Below are positions 28,121-37,858 of a stretch of 64,000 bases of DNA, piece by piece. Made by a program: the position numbers and the translations under genes. Location: contig LBVN01000008.1 of assembly GCA_000993115.1 (NCBI GenBank), positions 1,099 through 65,098 on the forward strand, written 5' to 3'. The DNA comes from Candidatus Woesebacteria bacterium GW2011_GWB1_38_8b (GTDB lineage: Bacteria > Patescibacteriota > Microgenomatia > UBA8517). Numbering within the stretch: position 1 is the first letter of the stretch; each line of letters starts with the position of its first letter. The notes beneath the pieces are model-generated. The model worked only from the letters and a program-made list of their open reading frames with translations, made no database searches and was not told where the DNA came from.

Positions 28121-28705
28121 ATGGCAGATCTTTCAGACATTATTACCTCAAAAGTTAGAGTAAAAGTATTAGAGCTTTTTTTTGGCAATGTAAAAGAAAT
28201 TTATCACGTTAGGGGAGTTGTCCGGGAGCTTAAAGAAGAGATTAATGCAGTACGCAGGGAGCTGGAGAAACTGGAAAATGCAGGAATGCTACGATCCGAA
28301 AACCGTGGCAATCGCCGCTATTACAGTCTGCGTGAGGAATATGTTCTTTACGAAGATATTTTATCAATGGTTGCAAAAACAAAAGGACTTGGGGCGCAGC
28401 TTATTGCAAATAAAAATAAAATAGGAAAAATCGGATATATAATGTTTTCAGGTAGTTTCGCACGAAGAAAAGCAAGACGCCGCGATGACGACGTTGATGT
28501 TTTAGTTGTTGGGGAAGTAGTTCTGCCTGAACTTGCAGCTATCGTGCGTAGGGAAGAATCTGAACGTGGTAAAGAGATAAACTATACTGTAATGAGTCGT
28601 GAAGAACTGGAATTTAGGAAAAAGCGACGTGACCCGTTTTTACAGGGAATTTTAGCAAATAGCCGTGTGATGATTATTGGTGATGAAGAAGGGTTGATTT
28701 CGTAA
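28121..28705 (+). CDS. winged-helix (ArsR-like) domain fused to a nucleotidyltransferase-like domain
   Basis: The N-terminal ~85 aa form a wHTH pattern (VKVLELF...RELEKLENAGML...RRYYSL). The C-terminal part has GSFARR...DDDVDVLVVG, resembling minimal NTase folds. Confidence 0.55.
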   Translation: MADLSDIITSKVRVKVLELFFGNVKEIYHVRGVVRELKEEINAVRRELEKLENAGMLRSENRGNRRYYSLREEYVLYEDILSMVAKTKGLGAQLIANKNKIGKIGYIMFSGSFARRKARRRDDDVDVLVVGEVVLPELAAIVRREESERGKEINYTVMSREELEFRKKRRDPFLQGILANSRVMIIGDEEGLIS

Positions 28706-28709
28706 ATAT

Positions 28710-30029
28710 ATGCGACGGAGTATTCTACTTATCATCACAATTTTTGCTATAAGTTTATATATTAGTCTTCCTAAAGAATTACCGATTAACTTCAGCGCAT
28801 TTGGAAAATCTTTCAATTGGAAATTTACCCGAGCCGATATTAATTTGGTGGGTGGCAAATTTAATATAAAAAAGAATTTTGATCTAAAACTAGGATTGGA
28901 TTTGGCAGGAGGAAGCCATTTGGTTTTTGATGCTGATTTATCGAAAGTCGAAAAAGATAATGTAAAAAACGCTTTGGAGTCACTTAAAGAGGTTATGGAG
29001 CGGCGGGTTAATCTTTTTGGAGTTTCCGAGCCCAATGTTTATAATTCTTCATTTGAGGGAAAGCAGAGAATTGTGGTCGAACTTCCCGGAATAATGAATA
29101 CGAAAGAAGCGATTGGGATTATAGGTCAAACGGCAAAGTTAGAGTTTGCCGAAGTCGGACCGGATGAGAAAACCGGTTTAATACCGACTGATCTGACAGG
29201 AGCCGATCTTAAAAGTGCAAAAGTAGTTTATGATCAAAATAACGGTAAACCTGCCGTTTCAATCGAGTTTACCCAAGAAGGTGCCGAAAAATTCGGGAAA
29301 ATTACCGAAGCCAATGTGGGAAAAGCGCTCCCCATCCTTCTTGATGGGATGCCGGTTTCAGCCCCTGTAGTTCAGGAAAAAATATTGGGAGGTTCTGCGC
29401 AAATTACTGGAAACTTTACTTCTGACGAGGCAAAAAATCTGGCGATACAACTTAACGCCGGAGCACTTCCGATTCCGGTTTCCTTGGTTGAAGAGAGAAC
29501 AGTCGGAGCGACGTTGGGGGCCAATTCGATCCAAAAAAGTATCAAGGCAGGAGTTGTCGGAGTTGTAATGGTACTTATTTTTATGATTTTACTTTACGGG
29601 AAAATGGGTTTAATTGCAGATATTGCACTTTTGGTTTTTGCCGTTACGACTCTTGCACTTTATAAACTAATTCCGGTAGTATTGACGCTTCCCGGAATTG
29701 CAGGATTTTTACTTTCTGTCGGGATGGCGGTAGATAGCAATATTTTGATTTTTGAAAGATTCAAAGAGGAAAGAAAACAAAGAAATTTAGTTAATGCACT
29801 GGAGGTTTCGTTTGGTCGTGCATGGGATTCTATCCGTGATGCCAACATTGCGACTTTGGTTACGGCATTTATTTTGGCAAATCCGATGGATTTTAGTTTT
29901 CTGCATACATCAGGTCCGGTCCGCGGATTTGCGATTACTTTGACTCTTGGGGTTTTGGTGTCACTTTTTACGGGGTTATTTGTTTCAAGAAATTTACTTA
30001 GAACAATGCTTATACAAAAAACAAAATGA
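28710..30029 (+). CDS. secD: protein translocase subunit SecD
   Basis: 439 aa. GLDLAGGSHLVF, the periplasmic P1 domain and a C-terminal 6-TM block with MAVDSNILIFERFKEE. Confidence 0.9.
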   Translation: MRRSILLIITIFAISLYISLPKELPINFSAFGKSFNWKFTRADINLVGGKFNIKKNFDLKLGLDLAGGSHLVFDADLSKVEKDNVKNALESLKEVMERRVNLFGVSEPNVYNSSFEGKQRIVVELPGIMNTKEAIGIIGQTAKLEFAEVGPDEKTGLIPTDLTGADLKSAKVVYDQNNGKPAVSIEFTQEGAEKFGKITEANVGKALPILLDGMPVSAPVVQEKILGGSAQITGNFTSDEAKNLAIQLNAGALPIPVSLVEERTVGATLGANSIQKSIKAGVVGVVMVLIFMILLYGKMGLIADIALLVFAVTTLALYKLIPVVLTLPGIAGFLLSVGMAVDSNILIFERFKEERKQRNLVNALEVSFGRAWDSIRDANIATLVTAFILANPMDFSFLHTSGPVRGFAITLTLGVLVSLFTGLFVSRNLLRTMLIQKTK

Positions 30030-30892
30030 TAAATTGGATGCGTTACCGGCTTATATATTTTTTAATTTCGGCTGTGGTTATTTTGCCCGGACTTTTTAGT
30101 TTGTACAAATGGGGATTAAAAACAGGAATTGATTTTACAGGCGGAACAATTATTGAGTATAAATTCAAAAATGAAGTATCCGGGGATGAATTAAAAGATT
30201 TGGTGAAAGAATATGCCGAGCCAAATGCTGTTAGACTTTCCCAGGGTAATATTTATGAGCTTCGTTTTTCTGCACTTCCTTCGGATAAATCAAAGGCGAT
30301 TACGGAAAAAGTAAAAGCCAAATATTTGGATTCTGAAGAATTAAGGACCGAAACTGTAGGTGCAACGATCGGAGTTGAGCTTATCAAGAAAACTTTTTAT
30401 GCAATTATTATATCGGCTAGTGCCATACTTTTATGGGTAGCATATCAGTTTAAAAGTATTAAATATGGGACATCGGCTGTTATTGCCATGCTTCACGATA
30501 GTTTGGTTCTTCTTGGGACATTTTCACTTCTAGGGCATTTTATGGGCGCTGAGATAGATTTTCTTTTTGTTACGGCAATGCTGACGATATTATCTTTTTC
30601 CGTTCATGACACCATTGTCGTTTACGACCGCACCCGAGAAACTCAGAAGAAATATGGGGGAGACATGGAAACAATTGCTAATAAGGCTTTAACTGAAACA
30701 ATGGTTCGATCACTTAATAATTCAATGACAATTGTTTTTATGTTAATTGCCCTAATACTTTTGGGTGGGGAGACGATCAAGTGGTTTGCGGTTGCCCTTT
30801 TGGTAGGTACAATTTCCGGAACTTATTCTTCGCCATTTGTAGCCGTACCAATTTTGGTAACTTGGGATAAACTGATTAGACGTAAAAATTAA
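30026..30892 (+). CDS. secF: protein translocase subunit SecF
   Basis: 288 aa with a 4-nt overlap with secD. GIDFTGGT motif and a 6-TM core with HDTIVVYDR. Confidence 0.9.
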   Translation: MINWMRYRLIYFLISAVVILPGLFSLYKWGLKTGIDFTGGTIIEYKFKNEVSGDELKDLVKEYAEPNAVRLSQGNIYELRFSALPSDKSKAITEKVKAKYLDSEELRTETVGATIGVELIKKTFYAIIISASAILLWVAYQFKSIKYGTSAVIAMLHDSLVLLGTFSLLGHFMGAEIDFLFVTAMLTILSFSVHDTIVVYDRTRETQKKYGGDMETIANKALTETMVRSLNNSMTIVFMLIALILLGGETIKWFAVALLVGTISGTYSSPFVAVPILVTWDKLIRRKN

Positions 30893-30953
30893 TTTGTTCC
30901 CCATAGTGTATTTTTAAACACCTTTGTTATATAATTGGCGATATTAAATTCGT

Positions 30954-31511
30954 ATGAAACCAAGAAAAATTGCAAACCTTTTATTTATCATATTTAACTT
31001 TTTGTTGGTAGTTTATTTGGCCGAAAAAGTTCAGAATCCGAAAAATATATACGAAAATATTCCACTGCTTAAAAAAGAAATCCCGACAGTTCTTCCTGCA
31101 AGCGATGTAAAAAGTGAAAATACTTCTTTAGTAACCAGAGTAATTGATGGCGACACAATAGAAATCGGAGACGGTATAAAAGTCAGGTATATAGGCATAG
31201 ATACGCCCGAAGTCGGAAGTAAAAATGAGTGTTTTGCACTCGAGGCAAAAAAGAAAAATGAAGAATTGGTTCTTGGGAAAAATGTAAGTTTGGAAAAAGA
31301 TTTTTCGGAAAAAGATAAATACGGCAGACTCTTGCGTTATGTTTATGTTGGTGAGGGAGAAAATAAAATAATGGTTAATGAAGCATTGGTCAAAGAAGGT
31401 TTTGCAAACGCCTACACTTACCCTCCGGATGTAAAATATAAAGATTTGTTTTTGAACGCAGAAAGAAGAGCGAGAGTAAACAAATTGGGTTTGTGGCTGA
31501 AGTGTAGTTAG
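30954..31511 (+). CDS. membrane-anchored thermonuclease (SNase/micrococcal nuclease family)
   Basis: N-terminal TM, then VIDGDTIEI...VRYIGIDTPE...YGRLLRYVY...GFA, the SNase core motifs. Confidence 0.8.
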   Translation: MKPRKIANLLFIIFNFLLVVYLAEKVQNPKNIYENIPLLKKEIPTVLPASDVKSENTSLVTRVIDGDTIEIGDGIKVRYIGIDTPEVGSKNECFALEAKKKNEELVLGKNVSLEKDFSEKDKYGRLLRYVYVGEGENKIMVNEALVKEGFANAYTYPPDVKYKDLFLNAERRARVNKLGLWLKCS

Positions 31512-32884
31512 TTTTTATATTCCTCAATAAGCAAAAGAAGTTTACCCTTTTCGTTTTCGGTCTTTTTCTCTTCAACATCACTAAATATTTTCTCCAAAAT
31601 CTCTCCAACTTTTGGCCCGGGTTTAATTCCGAGGACTTTCATTACATCATTTCCGTCGACTTTTAAATCCCGAATCGAAAATGGCTGTTTTTGGACTTCA
31701 GTAAGGCGTATTTTAAATTCCTCCAGCCTCCACGAAGTTTCTGACGCTCCACCGCCGAGGCGATCTCCGACCCGTAAATCAATCATGTCGGTTAAAAACT
31801 GAGGTGTGACGTTTCTTATAAACCTTCTTATTGCGCTGTCGGTTTGGTTTTCGTTTACGGTAAATTGATGGAAGCGAACAAGTCGCCAGAATTTATCCTT
31901 CTGCTCATTTGAAAAGCGAAGCCTATCCGCGATATTTTTTGCAATCCTCGCACTAACCAACTCGTGATTGTAAAAAGTAATTGTTCCGTTTTCTAGTTTT
32001 TTATATGTTTGTGCTTTTCCGGCATCATGAATTAAAGTGGCAAATCGCACAATAGGATCAGTTGAGGGGCAAAATTTAAGTGCCATTATACAATGCGTAC
32101 CAACGTCATAAATGTGATGCCTCCCTGGGGATTTTTGATCGATTCCGAAGGTTTTATCCAGCTCGGGTAAAACTTCAGCCAAAAGTCCGGAGTTTCTGAA
32201 AATTTGAATTCCTTCATACGGGTGTGCGCTAGCCAGAGTTTTTAAAAGCTCGTCCCTGACTCTTTCGCGGGAGATTTTATGAATTAATGCGGCATTTTCG
32301 TTAATTGCGAACAAAGTTTTTTCTTCGATTTTGAAATCCAATTCGCTCGCAATTCTGACAGCCCTCATCATACGAAGCGCATCTTCCGAGAATCTCTCAA
32401 AAGGATCTCCCACGGCACGGATTAGTTTGCCCTCTAAATCTTTCTGACCTCCAAACAAATCTATTATTTCGACGTCGGTATTATTGTGTGATTCACCGTG
32501 CGCGGATTTAACTAGTCGAAGAGCAAGGGCATTTATTGTAAAATCGCGCCTTTTTAAATCTTCATCTAAGGTTTTACCCCACTGAATTTTATCCGGACGG
32601 CGGGAATCGGAATAACCGAATTCGCTTCTGAAAGTCGTAATTTCATAAGGTCTTTCGTCTTCATTCTTTATCCCAACTTTTCCAAACTTATTATCATAAA
32701 AAGCCTCATCACCAAAAATTTCCAGAATTTTCTCTGGGGTGGCGTTAGTCGTTAAATCCCAGTCGTACAAAACCCGTCCCATCAACAAATCCCGCACAGC
32801 ACCACCGACTATATAAGCCTCAAATCCAGCATCTTCCAACTTTTTTATTATTTCGATAACTTGTTGTGGTAAGTTAATATTCAT
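31508..32884 (-). CDS. cca: CCA-adding tRNA nucleotidyltransferase with HD domain
   Basis: GGAVRDLLMG, DWDL, RRDFTINA and the HD motif LIHDAGK. 458 aa. Confidence 0.85.
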   Translation of the reverse strand: MNINLPQQVIEIIKKLEDAGFEAYIVGGAVRDLLMGRVLYDWDLTTNATPEKILEIFGDEAFYDNKFGKVGIKNEDERPYEITTFRSEFGYSDSRRPDKIQWGKTLDEDLKRRDFTINALALRLVKSAHGESHNNTDVEIIDLFGGQKDLEGKLIRAVGDPFERFSEDALRMMRAVRIASELDFKIEEKTLFAINENAALIHKISRERVRDELLKTLASAHPYEGIQIFRNSGLLAEVLPELDKTFGIDQKSPGRHHIYDVGTHCIMALKFCPSTDPIVRFATLIHDAGKAQTYKKLENGTITFYNHELVSARIAKNIADRLRFSNEQKDKFWRLVRFHQFTVNENQTDSAIRRFIRNVTPQFLTDMIDLRVGDRLGGGASETSWRLEEFKIRLTEVQKQPFSIRDLKVDGNDVMKVLGIKPGPKVGEILEKIFSDVEEKKTENEKGKLLLLIEEYKN

Positions 32885-32947
32885 TTTCTAATTATACGAC
32901 AGAAGTTGGTTATTCGACATTCGATACTCGATATTGGATAATAGAGC

Positions 32948-34606
32948 ATGAGAAACTACAAGTGGGAGTTATTAAATAATACAAAAAGCAAGAATTTTAA
33001 AATTGATGAACTTGCGGATTTTCTGCTGGAAAATCGTGGACTAAAAACTAAAAAAGAAAAAGAGGAGTTTTTGAATCCGAAAAATCCGCAAAGTATAGAA
33101 ATTGGAGAACTGGGAATTAGCGATAAAGAAGTAAGTATCGCGGTTAAAAGAATAATAAAAGCCATTGCTGAAGATGAGGATATTTTAATATACGGAGATT
33201 ATGACGCTGACGGAATTTGTTCAAGCGCAATTTTGTGGGAATGTTTGTATCGCTATACAAAAAAAGTAATCCCCTACATACCTGACAGATTTTCCGAAGG
33301 TTATGGGATTAACGTAGATACAGTAACAAGTCTCAAAAACAATAATCCCAAGCTTGGGCTAATTATCACAGTTGATAACGGAATAGTTGCACACAATGCA
33401 GTTGATGCCGCAAAAAAATTAGGAATTGATGTAATAATAATTGACCATCATTTAGAAGATGAAAAGTTACCTAAAGCGGTTTCAATTATTCATTCAACTT
33501 TGACTTCAGGTGCAGGATTAGCTTGGTTTTTTGCAAAAGAGTTAAACAAAAAACTTGGTAAGAGCGCAGCTTCTAGTCTGGAATTAGCAGCAATTGGCGT
33601 TGTTGCCGACCAGCTTCCTTTGGTTGGAATAAATCGAAGCTTAGTAAAATTTGGAATTGAAGAACTGCAAAATACAAAAAGACCGGGACTACTTGCTCTT
33701 TTTCAAACAGCGGCTTTTGACAAAGAAAAAATTGGAACTTATGAAATAGGATATTTAATTGCCCCACGAATTAATGCAATGGGAAGACTGAGCCACGGAA
33801 TCGATTCTCTTCGATTGATTTGTACGAATAATTCGACAAAGGCTAACGAGCTTGCAGGACTTTTAAATGACACAAATATTGAGAGGCAAAAAGTTGTAGA
33901 CGAAGTCGTTACTCATGCTATAAAAATTCAGGATGATTCAAAATCCAAAAATAAAATTATTATTTTGGCTCACGAGTCCTATCACGAGGGAGTAATAGGA
34001 CTGGCAGCATCAAAGCTGGTCGAGCGGTTTTATCTTCCCTCAATTGTAATTTCAAAGGGTGAAGTCGAAAGTAAAGGTTCTGCCCGTTCCATTTCCGGAG
34101 TAAATATAATCGAGTTGATCCGTGGAGCAGATGAATTATTAATCGGCGGTGGCGGACACACTATGGCGGCTGGTTTTTCACTGAAAACAGAAAATTTGGA
34201 AATCTTTACCAATAAATTGTATGAGTTAGCTAAAACACATGTTGATGATAACTTGCTTGAAAAAAAGTTAAAAATAGATACAGAATTAAAATTCGAAAAT
34301 ATTTCGGCGGAATTGTTAGATATATTGCAAGCTTTTGAGCCATTCGGAATGGGAAATCCGACCCCTGTATTTTCAAGTAGCGGTTGCGAAGTTGTGGAAA
34401 TCAAGTTAATTGGTGCGGATTCCCGACATATTAAATTAAAATTAAAAAACGACGGGAAGGTCATTGACGCTATCGGATTTGGAATGGGTGAACTTTATGA
34501 ATCAATCTTGAGTAGTAAAAAAATGCAAATTGCATACTCGGTTGAAAAAGATACCTGGAACGGTTACGAAAAGATCCAACTGAAACTGAAAGATGTAAAA
34601 TATTAA
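32948..34606 (+). CDS. recJ: single-stranded-DNA-specific exonuclease RecJ
   Basis: DHH motifs DYDADG, VDNG, IIDHH, and DHHA1 GGGGHTMAAG. 552 aa. Confidence 0.9.
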   Translation: MRNYKWELLNNTKSKNFKIDELADFLLENRGLKTKKEKEEFLNPKNPQSIEIGELGISDKEVSIAVKRIIKAIAEDEDILIYGDYDADGICSSAILWECLYRYTKKVIPYIPDRFSEGYGINVDTVTSLKNNNPKLGLIITVDNGIVAHNAVDAAKKLGIDVIIIDHHLEDEKLPKAVSIIHSTLTSGAGLAWFFAKELNKKLGKSAASSLELAAIGVVADQLPLVGINRSLVKFGIEELQNTKRPGLLALFQTAAFDKEKIGTYEIGYLIAPRINAMGRLSHGIDSLRLICTNNSTKANELAGLLNDTNIERQKVVDEVVTHAIKIQDDSKSKNKIIILAHESYHEGVIGLAASKLVERFYLPSIVISKGEVESKGSARSISGVNIIELIRGADELLIGGGGHTMAAGFSLKTENLEIFTNKLYELAKTHVDDNLLEKKLKIDTELKFENISAELLDILQAFEPFGMGNPTPVFSSSGCEVVEIKLIGADSRHIKLKLKNDGKVIDAIGFGMGELYESILSSKKMQIAYSVEKDTWNGYEKIQLKLKDVKY

Positions 34607-36112
34607 ATGCACATGGAAAGTGAAGAGAAGTTTAATGAATTAATAAAAACGCTTAAGGATCTTGGATATGTGGACGCAGATATTGTAAAAGTTAATAAAG
34701 CATGGGAGTTTGCAAAACTATCGCATTTTGGTCAAAAACGATTGTCTGGTGAAGATTATTCAATGCACGGACTTGAAACTGCGAAGATAATTGCAAGTTG
34801 GAAACTTGATTTGACCTCGATTATTGTCGGAATGTTACATGACACGGTTGATGATGGTGCGGCTAATTTAGACGATATTTTACGGGAATTCGGGAAAGAA
34901 ATTTCCGGATTGGTTGATGGAGTTTCGACTGTGTCAAAAATAAGACTTCGTGGAAGTGATGATGAAATATTTATTGAAAATCTTCGTAAAATGTTTTTGT
35001 CGATGGCAAAAGATCTTCGCGTAGTTTTAATTAAACTTGCGGATAGGCTTCATAATATGAGAACTTTGTCGGTTTTACCGGTTGATAAGCAAATAAAAAT
35101 CGCCAAAGAAACCCAGGAGATTTATGCCCCGCTTTCGGAAAGGCTTGGTATGGGAGAAGTTAAGGCAGAATTAAACGAACTGTCGTTTCCGATTTTGTAC
35201 CCAAAAGAATATGAAAAAGTAACAGCCGAATCCGGAGTTTATTATAAGAAAGCGGAAGAAAGAATTAAAAAAATAAAAACCACACTTCTTAGGCGATTTT
35301 CAGATGAAGGTATCAAGGTAGCTATAGATGTTCGAAAAAAAACACCGTATTCATTATGGAAAAAATTAGAACGACCGGATATAAAATGGAATTTCGATAA
35401 GATTTACGACATTGTTGCCGCAAGAGTTTTTGTTGAAACAGTTCGGGATTGTTATGCTGTTTTGGGTATAATTCATCGTTACTTTAGACCTCTTCTTGGA
35501 AGTCATGTTTCTGATTTTATTGCCCAACCCAAACCTAACGGTTATCAATCTATCCATACGAAAGTTTACGGACCTAACGGAAAAATCGTTGAATTTCAGA
35601 TTAGAACACATGAAATGCACGAGTCGGCTGAATATGGAGTTGCTGCACATTGGGCTTATTCAGAACTAAAAAGTAAAGGCGATGTAAATTCGGATCAATT
35701 GGAAAAAATGGGAGGAAGTGTAGGAAGTAAACTTTCTTGGGTAAAACAACTTGCATCCTGGCAAAGCGAAATCAAAGATAGCAACGAATTTTTAGAAGCC
35801 GTGAAGTTCGACGCACTAAGTGAGAGAATATTTGTGTTTTCGCCAAAAGGAGACGTTTTCGACCTTCCTGTTGGTTCAACCCCCATTGATTTTGCATATG
35901 CCGTTCATACTTCACTTGGTGATTTTATCAGTGGCGCGAAAATAAATGGAAGGATTTTTCCACTATCTCAAGTACTTAAAAATGGCGATGTCGTAGAAAT
36001 TCTTAAAAGTAAAAACTCAAAAAACCCAAACAGTGATTGGTTGGAGTTTGTTAAAACAAGAATCGCAAAAAGCGAAATTAAAAAACATCTTAATCAACAA
36101 AGTAAATTTTGA
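34607..36112 (+). CDS. rel: RelA/SpoT homolog: (p)ppGpp hydrolase (HD) + synthetase + TGS, no ACT domain
   Basis: HD MLHDTVDD, synthetase GYQSIHT and RTHEMH, and TGS VFSPKGDVFDLPVGSTPIDFAY. The protein ends after the TGS domain at 501 aa. Confidence 0.9.
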   Translation: MHMESEEKFNELIKTLKDLGYVDADIVKVNKAWEFAKLSHFGQKRLSGEDYSMHGLETAKIIASWKLDLTSIIVGMLHDTVDDGAANLDDILREFGKEISGLVDGVSTVSKIRLRGSDDEIFIENLRKMFLSMAKDLRVVLIKLADRLHNMRTLSVLPVDKQIKIAKETQEIYAPLSERLGMGEVKAELNELSFPILYPKEYEKVTAESGVYYKKAEERIKKIKTTLLRRFSDEGIKVAIDVRKKTPYSLWKKLERPDIKWNFDKIYDIVAARVFVETVRDCYAVLGIIHRYFRPLLGSHVSDFIAQPKPNGYQSIHTKVYGPNGKIVEFQIRTHEMHESAEYGVAAHWAYSELKSKGDVNSDQLEKMGGSVGSKLSWVKQLASWQSEIKDSNEFLEAVKFDALSERIFVFSPKGDVFDLPVGSTPIDFAYAVHTSLGDFISGAKINGRIFPLSQVLKNGDVVEILKSKNSKNPNSDWLEFVKTRIAKSEIKKHLNQQSKF

Positions 36113-36347
36113 TAACAAGTTTTATTTTTCTGTTTCTGTGCCACTTTTTGACGATTCCGTTTCCGTATTTGGTTTTCAAATTTTTTCCGCTCGGGTCAAC
36201 TTTAGTTCCAAAAAAGGGAACACTCAGGTCAACTGGTCCATATTTAGCAACTAGTTCTTCGTTTGTAAGTCGTCCTAAATCGCGTATATACTGCGCACCT
36301 CTTCGGTTTCTCTGTCCCCCGCCCAAGTGTGTTTTTCCTGTAGGCAT
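36090..36347 (-). CDS. hypothetical basic protein
   Basis: 85-aa K/R/G-rich ORF. The opposite-strand ORF 36109-36363 looks non-protein-like. Its 3' end overlaps the rel 3' end by 23 nt. Confidence 0.45.
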   Translation of the reverse strand: MPTGKTHLGGGQRNRRGAQYIRDLGRLTNEELVAKYGPVDLSVPFFGTKVDPSGKNLKTKYGNGIVKKWHRNRKIKLVIKIYFVD

Positions 36348-36465
36348 AAATATTGCGTATTGAACCTATTACCGAACAACACGTACCAAGTACTTTACTA
36401 ATTTACATTAGATATTGTCAAGCGTGTGGATTAATATATAATCTGGGAAAGCTGGTACGTAGGAT

Positions 36466-37797
36466 ATGGAAAGGACTTTAATTTCTGATTCCCCTAAAAA
36501 GATAGATGAGGAGGTACTTCTAAATGGTTGGGTAACAACCGTCCGTGACCACGGAAAATTAACCTTTTTTGATTTAAAGGACAGAGGTGGGGTAATTCAG
36601 TGCATTGGAACCAACTTACCAAAAATATCTCCAATGAGCGCAGTTGCAGTTACCGGCAAAATTGCAAAACGGCCTGAAAAGTTGGTTAACGAAAAATTAA
36701 CAACTGGTAAGGTAGAATTGCAGGTTGAAAAAGTTGAAATTTTATCTGCGGCAAAGGAATTACCTTTCGATATGGGAAAAGAAGAGTTGGGATTGTCTCT
36801 TCCAACTCTTCTAGATTTTAGGACATTAAGTCTAAGAAATCATAAAGTCTCTAATATTTTTAAAGTTCAAGAGGCCATAATGGAAGGATTTAGGATTGCA
36901 GCACAGAAATTGGGTTGTACTGAAGTCTTTACACCGACAATTTCGGCTTCATCTACAGAAGGCGGAGCGGAAGTTTTCAAGCTCAAATATTATGAACATG
37001 AAGCTTTTATGGTTCAATCACCTCAACTTTATAAACAAATGATGGTTCCTGTTTTTGAGCGGGTTTATTTAGTTTCGCATGCATACAGAATGGAGCCTTC
37101 CGTTACAACCAGACATCTTTCAGAATCAATTCAGCTAGATTGTGAGCTGGGATTTGTTGACTTTAACGAGCTGATGGACGCATTGGAATTTGTTGGGAAA
37201 GAAACGATTGGATATGTTTCCGAAAAATATCCTGAAATTTTAAAAGAATACGGAGTTGAAAAACCAAAGTTGGATAAAAAAGTGCCAAGGGTTACGATGC
37301 GAGAAGCCCAGAAAATTATTCTCGAGCGAACCGGCGTTGATCACACAGGTGAACCAGATTTAATGCCCGAAGATGAGAGGGAAATTTGCAAATGGGCACT
37401 TGAGGCGCATGAGTCTGATCTTGTTACGGTTACTCATTATCCAACAAAAAAGCGGGCTTTTTATACTGCACCCGATCCAGCATATCCTGAATTTTCGCTT
37501 TCTTATGATTTATTGTTCCGCGGTGTAGAAATTTTAAGCGGGAGCCAGAGATTAAACAATCACGATGAACTCGTTGCCGCAATTAAAGATCGGGGGATGA
37601 GCACCGATAATTTTAAAATGTATCTTCAGGCTTTCGAATACGGGATGCCTCCTGAAGGTGGATTTTCATTCGGACTTGAGAGAATTACAATGCTTATTTT
37701 AGGACTTTCGAATGTCCGCGAGGCTTCACTTTTCCCCCGCGATATGGAGCGGGTTGATTTCAGACTTTCGGAATTAAAAGAGAAAAAAACAAAATAG
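36466..37797 (+). CDS. aspS: aspartyl-tRNA synthetase, archaeal/eukaryotic-type (short class IIb)
   Basis: 443 aa, shorter than the ~590 aa of the bacterial type. N-terminal OB fold, class II motifs, and C-terminal GLERITMLILGLSNVREASLFPRD. Confidence 0.9.
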   Translation: MERTLISDSPKKIDEEVLLNGWVTTVRDHGKLTFFDLKDRGGVIQCIGTNLPKISPMSAVAVTGKIAKRPEKLVNEKLTTGKVELQVEKVEILSAAKELPFDMGKEELGLSLPTLLDFRTLSLRNHKVSNIFKVQEAIMEGFRIAAQKLGCTEVFTPTISASSTEGGAEVFKLKYYEHEAFMVQSPQLYKQMMVPVFERVYLVSHAYRMEPSVTTRHLSESIQLDCELGFVDFNELMDALEFVGKETIGYVSEKYPEILKEYGVEKPKLDKKVPRVTMREAQKIILERTGVDHTGEPDLMPEDEREICKWALEAHESDLVTVTHYPTKKRAFYTAPDPAYPEFSLSYDLLFRGVEILSGSQRLNNHDELVAAIKDRGMSTDNFKMYLQAFEYGMPPEGGFSFGLERITMLILGLSNVREASLFPRDMERVDFRLSELKEKKTK

Positions 37798-37858
37798 TTC
37801 ATTTGTTTTTATAAAGTGCTTGCAAAATTAACAACTTCACTTTAGAGTAAGGTTTACT

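Noticed and set aside
36109-36363. 84-aa plus-strand ORF overlapping the 36090-36347 minus-strand ORF
   Set aside because: The translation (F/L/P/S/C-rich, no charged residues for long stretches) looks like a shadow frame. The minus-strand product has protein-like composition.
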